Below, piece by piece: positions 17,880 through 26,905 of a stretch of DNA of 30,341 nucleotides. Source of the stretch: Sumerlaeia bacterium (lineage in GTDB: Bacteria; Sumerlaeota; Sumerlaeia; SLMS01; JAHLLQ01); contig JAVJSW010000020.1 of the NCBI GenBank assembly GCA_040219255.1, positions 1 to 30,341 on the forward strand. Direction: 5' to 3'. A program made the translations under genes and the position numbers. Below the pieces are notes generated by a model that had not been told where the DNA came from, ran no database searches, and worked only from the letters and a program-made list of their open reading frames with translations. Within the stretch, counting starts at the first letter, position 1, and each line of letters opens with the position of its first letter.

Positions 17880-19733
17880 ATGATCGAGAGGACTTTTGTC
17901 CCATGGAAGCTCCCGTGGAGGGGGCTGCTGCTGGCGATGCTGGTTGGCTTCGCGTCCGTGACGCAGGCCACCGTCTGCGAAATTTCACCGGGCGCGACGC
18001 GCGCCGCGTCCCAGGATCTGGCCCGCGGCACGGCGTTCACCGTCGACAATCTGGAAACGCTCGAGTCGTTCTCGGTCGAGCTGGTTTTCCTGCTGGCTTC
18101 GGAGGCCGAGTTGACCTTTTTCCTGATCGAGCAGGATGGGAACGGCGACTGGTCTTATGTTTGGCAGGACACCCGCGTTGTGGTCAATGCGGGGCGCGCG
18201 TTTATCTCGTCCGGCCTGATCAATCAGGCCCTCGACCCCGGCGTTCAATACGCCGTGGGCGTGGGCTGGGATACCGACTATGTGCGGTATTTCTATGATC
18301 GCAACAGCGCCCCGATCGTGTTTTCGAACATCCCTGGCGTGATCGATGGCGGGTTACAGGGTGTCGGCAGCGATCCGGTGGCGGGCGGAGAAATCTTCCT
18401 AAGCACGACGACCTACTCGAGCCAGGTCTGCTTTGTCGATCCCACGCCCATCGTCTGCGAAACGGTGATCGGCAGCGAACCGGCCTCGAACACGCTGCTG
18501 GCCCGAGGTGCCGTCTTCGATGTGCAATCGACTCAGGAGCTGCGCCGCTTTTCGATGCCGCTCGATCTCTATGGCGCCACGACCGACCTGAATTTCTTCG
18601 TGCTGTCCGGCCCCACCGCCAGCGGTCCCTGGTCGTTGGTTACCAGCCATCAGCGCAGCGAAACGGGCAGCGGCCTTCTGAGCTACGAGTCCGACGCACT
18701 TGAGGTCCAACTCGCGCCCGGAACGTTCTACGTGGCGGGCATCGGCTGGGACAACGTCCAGGTCGGCTACACCTACTCGCCCGATCTGCTTCCCATCGCC
18801 TTTGGCACCGTTCCGGCCACCGTCCACAATGGATTCCAGGGCGTCGGTCCCAACCCGGTGGGCGGCGGCACCTTCAGTTCGCAATTCATCTATGGCATCA
18901 CGCTGTGCTTCTCCGATGTGGGTGTGAACCCGCCACTGCTGGATATCGACCCCAGCGACGCGTTCTTTGTTAAGACGAACGAGGGAACGGACGCGGCGAC
19001 GGAGACGCTGACGATCGCGAACCTGCGCGATGGCCTGATGAACTGGAGTGTCAGCACGCCGACGTCTTGGCTCTCGCTGACGCCCACCTCGGGCAGCAGC
19101 ACCGGCGAGGCGGACCCGGTCGACGTGGTCTTCGACACCGACGCACTGGCCCCTGGCTACTACCTGGGCGAGATCGTCATCACGTCTCCGGAAGCCTCGA
19201 ACAGTCCTCAGACGGTGCTGGTGGAATTGGAAATCGTCAGCCTGAGCCTCGGAAGCTGCGCTTCCATCCCTGGCCCGAACCGGGCCCAGGGCAGCGGAAT
19301 CTCTCGCGGCGCGGTCGTCGTGCCCAGCAACGACGTCATCCTGACCGACTTCGGTCTGGAGGTGATCGTCAACGACGGTCAGGCCGAGGGAACGTTCTTC
19401 GTCCTGCAACAAAGCGGTCCCGCCTGGACTCCCATCTGGACCGACACGCGCACCATCCTGGGCAAGGGCAAGCAATTGGCCAACTCCGGATATGTAGGCA
19501 TCCCGCTGACTTCTGGGGTGACCTACGCCGTTGGCCTCGCCTGGCCCAACGGCGAGACGATCTACTATCAGTACGATCGCAACGCGCCGCTGCCGGGGGG
19601 CTTGCCCCCGACCAACCTGACGCTGATCGGTGGTTTCCTTTATGGCGACACGGCCAATTACAACCTGGCCTTCAATGCCATCAGCTCGACAGTCTACGGT
19701 ATGGAAATCTGCACGATCCTGCCGCCGCCCTGA
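17880..19733 (+). CDS. Secreted protein with three Cys-bracketed beta-sandwich repeats and a BACON-like domain
   Basis: AGGAG RBS and signal peptide. Three homologous units (C...RG..F/V....L..F.......FF.L....W.......G.....S......L.PG..Y..G..W......Y...G.....G........Y...C). A BACON-like segment (NWSVSTPTSWLSLTPTSGSS) lies between units 2 and 3. Confidence 0.78.
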   Translation: MIERTFVPWKLPWRGLLLAMLVGFASVTQATVCEISPGATRAASQDLARGTAFTVDNLETLESFSVELVFLLASEAELTFFLIEQDGNGDWSYVWQDTRVVVNAGRAFISSGLINQALDPGVQYAVGVGWDTDYVRYFYDRNSAPIVFSNIPGVIDGGLQGVGSDPVAGGEIFLSTTTYSSQVCFVDPTPIVCETVIGSEPASNTLLARGAVFDVQSTQELRRFSMPLDLYGATTDLNFFVLSGPTASGPWSLVTSHQRSETGSGLLSYESDALEVQLAPGTFYVAGIGWDNVQVGYTYSPDLLPIAFGTVPATVHNGFQGVGPNPVGGGTFSSQFIYGITLCFSDVGVNPPLLDIDPSDAFFVKTNEGTDAATETLTIANLRDGLMNWSVSTPTSWLSLTPTSGSSTGEADPVDVVFDTDALAPGYYLGEIVITSPEASNSPQTVLVELEIVSLSLGSCASIPGPNRAQGSGISRGAVVVPSNDVILTDFGLEVIVNDGQAEGTFFVLQQSGPAWTPIWTDTRTILGKGKQLANSGYVGIPLTSGVTYAVGLAWPNGETIYYQYDRNAPLPGGLPPTNLTLIGGFLYGDTANYNLAFNAISSTVYGMEICTILPPP

Positions 19734-19792
19734 TGGCGACTCCGTCCCGAAAGCCTGATGTCGCGCACCCTCCCGGTGCGTGACTAACCCGC

Positions 19793-19851
19793 AAAGCGCC
19801 GCCCAGGCCCATTCCTCTGACCGAGGAAAGATCGCCCGGGCGGCGTTTTTT
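19793..19851 (+). terminator. Extended hairpin with T-tract, probable terminator
   Basis: AAAGCGCCGCCC.../...GGGCGGCGTTTTTT outer stem around an inner TTCCTC-TGACC-GAGGAA stem. Confidence 0.5.
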
Positions 19852-19954
19852 CGATTCTTCCCTGGAAATGCGAGCGGGGTTTGGTCCACGCTTGATGGGC
19901 TCGGGCGTTGGGGCCCGGATTTTGCCCGCTCTCCCCGCGGGCGACGAGGACTCG

Positions 19955-21160
19955 ATGGCGATGACTTCCGATCTGCTGATCACCACAAACCCGGCCAACG
20001 CGGCGTTTCAGATGCCCGCCGTGCGTCCCCCCGCGGACCCGCGCCCGGCGCTTCGCGCCATGACCCAGGAGGAAATCGTCGCGCTCCTGAAGGACAACGG
20101 CCAGCAGGCCTTTCGCGGCAAGCAGGTGTACCACTGGATTCAGAAAAAAGGCGCCGTGGATTTCGACGAGATGGGCAACATCCCGAAAGACCTGAAAGCC
20201 TGGCTCTCTGAAAACACGCGCTTCGGCGGCATGGAAGCCCTCGCCACCACACGCGAGAGCGCCGACGGCAGCGTCAAGTTCCTGTTCCGCCTGCGGGGCG
20301 GCCTCCACATCGAAAGCGTCCTCATGCCCGGCGTGACCCACGATCCGCTGAACATGACCCTCTGCGTCAGCAGCCAGGTCGGCTGCGCCGTCGACTGCAA
20401 GTTCTGCGTCACCGGCGCCAACGGTTTTTTCCGCAACATGTCGGCCGACGAAATCCTGGATCAGGCTCTCACGGCGCGGCGGTTTCTCGCCGAAAAGGAC
20501 GATGGCCGGCGCCTGCGCAACATCGTCTTCATGGGCATGGGAGAGCCCCTCCTGAACCCCGACAACGTGATCCGCGCGATCCGCCTGATGACCGACTCGG
20601 ACGGGATGGATCTCTCGGCGCGGCGCATCACGGTTTCCACGAGCGGCATCCTGCCTGGGCTGGAAGCCCTCGCCCAGGCCGACACCGGCGTTGGCCTCGC
20701 CATCAGCCTGAACGGCGTCACCCAGGCCGAGCGCGAGGCCGTGATGCCCATCACGCGGCGCTATCCGCTGAGCGACCTGCTGGCCGCGCTCAAACGCTAT
20801 CCGCTGCGCAATCGCGGCCGGATCACCTTCGAGTACGTGCTGCTCAAGGGGGTGAACGATTCCATCAAACACGCGCACCAGATGGCCAAGCTGCTCCACG
20901 GTATCCCCAGCAAAGTCAACGTCATCCCCTTCAACCCCGACCCGGCGCTACCCTTCGAACGGCCCGACCGCGAAGACGTCGAGGAATTCGCCACCGCCGT
21001 CGCCACCCACAACCTGACGGTCAGCGTGCGCTGGAGCAAAGCCCTCGATGTGGACGGCGCCTGCGGCCAACTCGCGGGCCAATACGCCATGAAGGACGCC
21101 AAAGGCACCCGCATGGTGATCCCGCGCTACGCCGAGGCAGCCCCCGTCGGCGAAGGCTAA
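19955..21160 (+). CDS. rlmN: 23S rRNA (adenine2503-C2)/tRNA methyltransferase, radical SAM
   Basis: FRGKQVYHW, IESVLMP, CVSSQVGCAVDCKFC (CxxxCxxC), NIVFMGMGEP, RRITVSTSG, FEYVLLKGVND, NVIPFN, GACGQL. Start 19955 or 19961 after GAGGA. Confidence 0.95.
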   Translation: MAMTSDLLITTNPANAAFQMPAVRPPADPRPALRAMTQEEIVALLKDNGQQAFRGKQVYHWIQKKGAVDFDEMGNIPKDLKAWLSENTRFGGMEALATTRESADGSVKFLFRLRGGLHIESVLMPGVTHDPLNMTLCVSSQVGCAVDCKFCVTGANGFFRNMSADEILDQALTARRFLAEKDDGRRLRNIVFMGMGEPLLNPDNVIRAIRLMTDSDGMDLSARRITVSTSGILPGLEALAQADTGVGLAISLNGVTQAEREAVMPITRRYPLSDLLAALKRYPLRNRGRITFEYVLLKGVNDSIKHAHQMAKLLHGIPSKVNVIPFNPDPALPFERPDREDVEEFATAVATHNLTVSVRWSKALDVDGACGQLAGQYAMKDAKGTRMVIPRYAEAAPVGEG

Positions 21161-21186
21161 CTCTCCCCAAGTCAGGAGCCCACACC

Positions 21187-21762
21187 ATGAGCATCGTCCA
21201 CGCCAAGTTCTCCCTCGCGGATTACCATCGGATGATCGACGCGGGGATTCTGGACCATCGCAAGGTGGAATTGATCGAGGGAGAAATCGTCGAAATGAGT
21301 CCGAGTGGCCCGCCCCATATTCGCGCCATTATGAACCTGCTCGAGGCCTTCGCCGGGCTCGTGGCCGCGCAGCACGCGTCGCTGCTTTGCCAGAGCGGTC
21401 TCGCCATTCCCGATCAGGACTCCTGCCCGGAACCCGATTTGGCGCTGGTGACCTATGGCCTGGGTCGCAGCGACAATGCCATCGAGGCCACGCAGGCCTT
21501 CGCCGTCATCGAAGTCGCCGACTCCACCCTCGCCACCGACCGCCGGGTTAAACTCCCCCTCTACGCCCGGGCCGGCATCGCCGAGTTCTGGATCGTGAAC
21601 TTGATCGACGACTGCATCGAGGTGTACCGCGCACCGGATCAGACATCGGGAACGTACAGCGAGAAACGTATTGTACGTCGCGGCGAGAGCGTTTGCCTCC
21701 TGGCCTTTCCTGATTTCGAGGTCGCCGGCTCGGCCATTCTGCCCCGCAAGGAGGCGCCCTGA
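21187..21762 (+). CDS. Uma2/DUF820 family PD-(D/E)XK endonuclease-like protein, copy 1
   Basis: VELIEGEIVEMSP..P.H, PEPD, IEVADST...DR.VKLPLYARAGIAEFWIVNL; AGGAG RBS. Confidence 0.92.
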   Translation: MSIVHAKFSLADYHRMIDAGILDHRKVELIEGEIVEMSPSGPPHIRAIMNLLEAFAGLVAAQHASLLCQSGLAIPDQDSCPEPDLALVTYGLGRSDNAIEATQAFAVIEVADSTLATDRRVKLPLYARAGIAEFWIVNLIDDCIEVYRAPDQTSGTYSEKRIVRRGESVCLLAFPDFEVAGSAILPRKEAP

Positions 21763-22354
21763 CCATGACCACGCTGACCAGGACCGCCAAGTTCTCCCTC
21801 GCGGATTACCACCGGATGATCGACGCGGGAATTCTGGACCATCGCAAGGTGGAGTTGATCGAGGGAGAAATCGTTGAAATGAGCCCGAGCGGAGACCCGC
21901 ATTACTTCTCGATTTGGGACATGCTGATTCTGTTTCAGGAGCATGTTCCCCAGCAAGGCTTTGTCACCGTATCGCAATCACCGATCGCACTGCCCAAGCA
22001 AGATTCCGAGCCCGAACCCGATTTTTACGTCGCACGAAAGGTCCTGCCGGGACGCCAGACAAAGCCGACCCCGGAAAGCCTCGTCCTTGTCGTCGAAGTG
22101 TCGGAATCGACCCTCGCCTATGACCGCCGGGTCAAACTCCCCCTCTACGCCCGGGCGGGCATCGCCGAGTTCTGGATCGTGAACTTGATCGACGACTGCA
22201 TCGAGGTGTACCGCAGCCCCGATCAGACATCCGGCACCTACGCCGAGAAACGTGTCGTCGCCCGCGGCGAATCCATCCACCCCCTCGCCTTCCCGGACTT
22301 CGAAGTTCACGCCTCCGCCATTCTGCCCCGCAAGGAGGCGCCCTGACCATGACC
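21733..22354 (+). repeat. Identical 38-bp direct repeat at Uma2 gene junctions (21733-21770 and 22317-22354)
   Basis: GCCATTCTGCCCCGCAAGGAGGCGCCCTGACCATGACC occurs twice, 584 bp apart. Confidence 0.9.
21765..22346 (+). CDS. Uma2/DUF820 family protein, copy 2
   Basis: Same motifs (EPEPD, VEVSEST, DRRVKLPLYA). RBS AAGGAGG is embedded in the end of copy 1. Confidence 0.92.
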   Translation: MTTLTRTAKFSLADYHRMIDAGILDHRKVELIEGEIVEMSPSGDPHYFSIWDMLILFQEHVPQQGFVTVSQSPIALPKQDSEPEPDFYVARKVLPGRQTKPTPESLVLVVEVSESTLAYDRRVKLPLYARAGIAEFWIVNLIDDCIEVYRSPDQTSGTYAEKRVVARGESIHPLAFPDFEVHASAILPRKEAP

Positions 22355-22933
22355 GTTGCTGCGACGCGGGCGCGATTTGGCGTCCAGGACTACTACAAAA
22401 TGATCGAGGCCGGGGTCTTTGAAGACCGGCGGGTGGAGTTGCTGGATGGAGAAATCGTCGAAATGAGCCCGAGCGAGAACCCCCACCACTTCACCGTCCA
22501 CCGCATTGCCCGGCTGTTTCGGGCGCTCGAGGCGCGGCACGGGCTTTACACTTTTGTCCAAAGCCCCTTCGCGATCCCCGATCAAGCCTCCGAACCCGAG
22601 CCCGACCTCTATGTGACGCGCGCTTCGCTCCTCGACCAGGCAGAGCAGAAGGCCGGGCCGCAGGACGTGCTGCTCCTGATCGAAGTTGCCGATTCCTCCC
22701 TGCGCAAAGACCGCATGGACAAGCTCCCCCTCTACGCCCGCGCCGGCATCGCCGAGTTCTGGATCGTGAACCTGGCCGAGGACTGCATCGAGGTGTACCG
22801 CTCGCCGGACCAAGCTATGGGGGTTTACGGTGAAGAGCGCATCATCGCCCGCGGGGAGGCAATTTGTCCTAAGGCTTTCCCTGAATTCTCGGTCGCCGCG
22901 AACGTCATCCTGCCCAACAGAGGAGACGAGTAA
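22349..22933 (+). CDS. Uma2/DUF820 family protein, copy 3
   Basis: VELLDGEIVEMSP, EPEPD, IEVADSS, DRMDKLPLYA. Confidence 0.92.
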   Translation: MTVAATRARFGVQDYYKMIEAGVFEDRRVELLDGEIVEMSPSENPHHFTVHRIARLFRALEARHGLYTFVQSPFAIPDQASEPEPDLYVTRASLLDQAEQKAGPQDVLLLIEVADSSLRKDRMDKLPLYARAGIAEFWIVNLAEDCIEVYRSPDQAMGVYGEERIIARGEAICPKAFPEFSVAANVILPNRGDE

Positions 22934-22935
22934 CG

Positions 22936-23517
22936 ATGTCCACCCTGACAAAGACCGCCCTTTTCTCCCTTTCCGATTATTATCTGATGATCGATGCGGG
23001 GATTCTGGAGAACCGAAAAGTCGAGTTGATCAAGGGAGAAATCGTCGAAATGAGCCCGAGCGGAAATCTCCACTACCTGACGATTGGCCGCATCGCGGCG
23101 CTGTTCATCCCGCTCACCGCCAAGCACGGCTTGATCGGCTATCAGCAATCCGGCCTCGCCATCCCGGAACTCGACTCCGAGCCGGAGCCGGATTTTTACC
23201 TCATTTCTCAGACGATCCTCGATGGCGAAGTCAAAGCCGAGCCGGAACAAGCCTTCCTGGTTGTCGAAGTCGCCGACTCCTCTCTGCGCAAAGACCGCAT
23301 GGTTAAACTCCCCCTCTACGCCCGGGCCGGCATCGCCGAGTTTTGGATCGTGAACTTGGCCGAGGACTGCATCGAAGTGTACCGCGTCCCGGACCGTGCG
23401 GCGGGAGCCTATGGCGATCAGAAATCCTATCGCCGGGGTGATCGGTTCGCGCTGCTTGCATTTCCCGATTTCGAGGTGGCGGCGGATGCGGTTCTGCCGC
23501 GCAGCCCCCAAGCCTGA
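22936..23517 (+). CDS. Uma2/DUF820 family protein, copy 4
   Basis: VELIKGEIVEMSP, EPEPD, VEVADSS, DRMVKLPLYA. Confidence 0.92.
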   Translation: MSTLTKTALFSLSDYYLMIDAGILENRKVELIKGEIVEMSPSGNLHYLTIGRIAALFIPLTAKHGLIGYQQSGLAIPELDSEPEPDFYLISQTILDGEVKAEPEQAFLVVEVADSSLRKDRMVKLPLYARAGIAEFWIVNLAEDCIEVYRVPDRAAGAYGDQKSYRRGDRFALLAFPDFEVAADAVLPRSPQA

Positions 23518-23519
23518 AC

Positions 23520-23549
23520 CTCGATGTCCTCGGTGGCTCGGTGGTGAAA
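23520..23549. repeat. Single arm of the CACAGAG-type short repeat
   Basis: Reverse complement TCACCACCGAGCCACCGAGGACATCGAG matches 4804-4831 at 21/28 nt. Confidence 0.5.
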
Positions 23550-23665
23550 TCCCAACGTTCCCCCATTGCCACGCGGCGCGCGTTGGGGTTTGTGGTGGAG
23601 GTTGGCTGGCCCGATGACCAGCAAGTGTCTGAAAACCACCCCGAGAATTCCCCTTTCTTTCGATT

Positions 23666-24538
23666 ATGAGCACCTCCTCCGCTTCCGCCGCCAAGACCGC
23701 CGTTCTTCGTCTCAATTGCCCCGACCGCCCCGGGATCGTGCATGCGGTGTCGGGTTTTATCGCCGAGCGCGGCGGCAATATCCTGACCAGTCAGCAGCAC
23801 TGCGAAGAACTCGGTCAGCGGTTTTTCATGCGCGTGCACTTCGATTGCAGCGCCGCCACCGTCACGCGCCATCAAGTGCGCGAGGACCTCGCCGCCCTCG
23901 CCGCCAAATACGAAATGGACGCCACGCTGAATTTCGCCGACGAGCGCAAGCGCATGGCCATCATGGTGTCCAAGGCCGACCATTGCCTCTACGACCTGCT
24001 GCTGCGGCATCAATACGGCGAACTGCTGGTCGATGTGGCCTGCGTCGTGTCGAACCATCTCGATCTGGAACATGTCGCCGGCAACTTCCGCGTCCCCTTT
24101 TTCTACATCCCCATGGCCAAGGAGCAGAAGGTTGAGGGCGAGGCGCGCCAGCAGGAAATTTTCCGCCAGCACCACATCGATTTTCTGGTCATGGCGCGGT
24201 ACATGCAGATTTTGTCGGGCGAATTCTGCGCCTTCTGGAAAAACCGCGTCATCAACGTGCACCACGGTCTCCTGCCGGCGTTCAAAGGCGCCAAGCCGTA
24301 CCACCAGGCCTATGCCCGCGGGGTGAAGCTGATCGGCGCCACGGCGCATTACGCCACCGAGGACCTGGACGACGGCCCCATCATCGCCCAGCAGGCCCTG
24401 CCGGTGACGCACAGCCACAGCGTCCAGGACATGATCGCCCTGGGCCGCGAGGCGGAAAAACGCGCCCTGGCCGAAGCCGTGCGCGCCCACGCCGAAGACC
24501 GGATTCTGGTCTATGAAGACCGGACGATCGTGTTCTAA
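23666..24538 (+). CDS. purU: Formyltetrahydrofolate deformylase
   Basis: ACT domain CPDRPGIVHAVS, FFMRV, VSKADHCLYDLL, VVSNH, MARYMQILS, INVHHGLLPAFKGAKPYHQAYARGVKLIGATAHY...LDDGPII. Confidence 0.96.
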   Translation: MSTSSASAAKTAVLRLNCPDRPGIVHAVSGFIAERGGNILTSQQHCEELGQRFFMRVHFDCSAATVTRHQVREDLAALAAKYEMDATLNFADERKRMAIMVSKADHCLYDLLLRHQYGELLVDVACVVSNHLDLEHVAGNFRVPFFYIPMAKEQKVEGEARQQEIFRQHHIDFLVMARYMQILSGEFCAFWKNRVINVHHGLLPAFKGAKPYHQAYARGVKLIGATAHYATEDLDDGPIIAQQALPVTHSHSVQDMIALGREAEKRALAEAVRAHAEDRILVYEDRTIVF

Positions 24539-24990
24539 GGGACGCTTGGGAGTGTGTGCAGTGATCGGGTTCATGGGTGTGGGCTCCTGGGCGAGGGGTT
24601 CGGGTGACTTCTGAGAAGAACCCTCTCACAGGCGCCGCCGTTTGTCCCCTCATGTGGAGCTTACGGGACAAGATAGACAAGATACACTTACGAGACTTGT
24701 GGAGCTTAGGCGAGTCGCGGTGCGCAAGCTTTGCTTGCCCAAGGGTCGGCGGCACCGAGTTTGGCGGGATTCACATTCTGTGAACACCCAGCGGTCGTGG
24801 ACCGGCAGCTTGCAATTCCCCTGAACGAAGCTTTGCCGATCTTTCCGAGCGTATGTGAGGAAGCGCTCGCCTTGGCTTCGGAAGTTGCTGGAAAGTCCTC
24901 CGCAAATCTGAGGGAGCACTTGGCGGAGTCGTTTGATCGGCGGGGCGAGCGGCTTCGCCAATCCATAACGCCAGAAGCAACAGCTTCCTT

Positions 24991-25812
24991 TCAGTACGGC
25001 GCCTGTCGCCGGTCAAATGTCATCCCATTGAAATCATACAGCAATTTAGGCTTCAGGCCGTCGTCGGCTTTGGGAAGGGGGGCACGATAGAGGCAGCCGC
25101 CTTGCGCCCACACGAGGGACTTTCGCTCGGCGTCCCAGTCGGCCCATTCCCAGTTGGGGCAGGGGATCGAGGCGATGTCCGGATCTTGGCTGAAGAGGGT
25201 GTGGTCTTCATAATCGATCAGTTTCCCCGGGATGGAGTTGGCGGGAAACTCCTTTTGCAGGACCCAGCGGTCCGAGAGCTTCTTGCCGTAGGAGGTGAGG
25301 CCTGTCCGTGAGCGAATCACTTCCCAGCCGTTCCGAGCCAACGTGATCCCATAGACTCCAGCGCAACCGCCGGCACTGAGAACGACGGCATCATCCGGCT
25401 CCCGTAGAAAATGGCCGCTCTCACGGATCACCACATCGCAATCCAGGCTGTCTTTATTAAACCAGAAGGTCTTGTTTGTAGTAAAGATCCCTCCGCCATT
25501 CCAGGTGTCTCCGTCGGGTTTGCGAAACACGGTGAGCGCCTTCAGTTCTGGAACGCGTGCAATGGCCGTCCAGGAGCCACGAAAAGCATGGCGGGCAAAG
25601 TAGATCCAATGCTTTCCGTCGGGCGAAATGCTGCCGCGCATGCCGTAAATCCGTCCGCGAAAGGAATCGCCGGAGATAAAGGAGTCGTCGCCGCGGTTCC
25701 AGCCGAAGGTGGTGTGGCGCTGTGACGGCCCGCGCCGCACCACCACCGCCATCGGCGATTCCGAAGCGAGCAAAACGTGAAGGCGAGCGGGTACGGATTC
25801 GGGCGGAGACAT
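24991..25812 (-). CDS. Conserved-looking hypothetical protein (Trp-rich, beta-propeller-like)
   Basis: Start MSPPESVPARLHVLLASESPMAVVVRRGPS; ISPDGKHWIYFA, TWNGGGIF, WEWADWD, LLYDFNGM. Lower GC than the flanks. Confidence 0.7.
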   Translation of the reverse strand: MSPPESVPARLHVLLASESPMAVVVRRGPSQRHTTFGWNRGDDSFISGDSFRGRIYGMRGSISPDGKHWIYFARHAFRGSWTAIARVPELKALTVFRKPDGDTWNGGGIFTTNKTFWFNKDSLDCDVVIRESGHFLREPDDAVVLSAGGCAGVYGITLARNGWEVIRSRTGLTSYGKKLSDRWVLQKEFPANSIPGKLIDYEDHTLFSQDPDIASIPCPNWEWADWDAERKSLVWAQGGCLYRAPLPKADDGLKPKLLYDFNGMTFDRRQAPY

Positions 25813-25993
25813 AGCCTGCCTGCGGATGATCTCTATCCCGAACCTGCAAGGGGGCAAAGAACGGTGGGCAACGAGTGCCTTGGCCAAGGACTTGAGTACA
25901 AGCGTTTCCTCAAGGGAGCGGCGGTGGAAGTCTGGAGCGGGCGCTCCTTCAAGTCCCGCTTGGCGATGAATCGCTATCGGTTCAACCACAGAT

Positions 25994-26770
25994 TCACGAC
26001 AGGCGCTTCGTATCGTTCAGCGACCAATCGTAATCCATCGCTTTGATGTCCGTCTTTGGCGTCACGTTGGACGCCAGATCGCTGGGCAGATAGGGCGTCA
26101 GGAACCGCACCAGGGCGTCGTCGGTGCCGCCGAAGTCTTCCTGGAAATGGGTGAAGATCCAGGACACGCGCAGGTCGCCATCGGGTTCGAGCCGGGCGCC
26201 TTTCTGCTCGTTCGCGAGCCACGCATGCATTTGCTCGTCCAGTTGGGCGCCGAGGTGGCTGGCCGTGTAGGCTTCGCGGCGCAGGTCGGGGCAACTGACC
26301 GATGCGCAATTGATGGCAGCGTGGATGCGGGGTTCGCCCATAGGGCGCAGGATCGAGTGCTCGATCTCGTCGAGCGTCACCTCGCGGCCGCCCACGGTTC
26401 CAGCGGGGCGTTTCCACACCGGTTTGAACAGCGATCCGATGTCGCGGATGCTCTCGACCGGGTATTCTTTTAGGACAACTTCAATGGCCAGAATGTTGTA
26501 CGCGTTGATCCAGTAGGCCAACCGGGCGTCGCGTTCGGCCGGTTCCGGGTCCGTGGCCAGCTTCGACAGGAGCAGACTCCAGCGCGGATCGGACTTGATC
26601 GCCGCGTAATCCACCGCCACGAGGGGCACGCCATCGATGGCGCCCTCGCGGGTGTGGTCCTTCAGCATGGCGGTCCAGGTGTCCGCCAGCGTGCGGCGCG
26701 GCGGGATGTCCTGGGCCGGGGCGGCCATGGCAAAGGCCAGGAGCAAAAAAAGAAGAACGAAGCGTAGCAT
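25994..26770 (-). CDS. DUF547 domain secreted protein
   Basis: Signal peptide; VDYAAI, LAYWINAYN, TLDEIEHSILR, EPRIHAAINCASVSCPDL, S.IF..F.EDF, YDWSLN. Confidence 0.88.
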   Translation of the reverse strand: MLRFVLLFLLLAFAMAAPAQDIPPRRTLADTWTAMLKDHTREGAIDGVPLVAVDYAAIKSDPRWSLLLSKLATDPEPAERDARLAYWINAYNILAIEVVLKEYPVESIRDIGSLFKPVWKRPAGTVGGREVTLDEIEHSILRPMGEPRIHAAINCASVSCPDLRREAYTASHLGAQLDEQMHAWLANEQKGARLEPDGDLRVSWIFTHFQEDFGGTDDALVRFLTPYLPSDLASNVTPKTDIKAMDYDWSLNDTKRLS

Positions 26771-26905
26771 GGAAACCGACCGATCGGTGCGAAATTCGGC
26801 GGCGCGGGAAGTACCGCCGGGTCCTTTGACAAGGCCGGCGGAGAAAAGGATCCCGCCCCCCTACGGAAAAGCCGATGACCGCGCCGCGCCGCATTTTGAC
26901 AGGCC

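Noticed and set aside
19955-21160. Radical SAM enzyme as the RiPP maturase
   Set aside because: It has the full RlmN signatures (MGMGEP, GACGQL) and no RRE or SPASM domain.
21187-23517. Uma2 array as a diversity-generating retroelement or CRISPR-like array
   Set aside because: Differences are not adenine-specific, no template repeat or RT is adjacent, and the repeats are parts of coding genes with a ~584-bp period.
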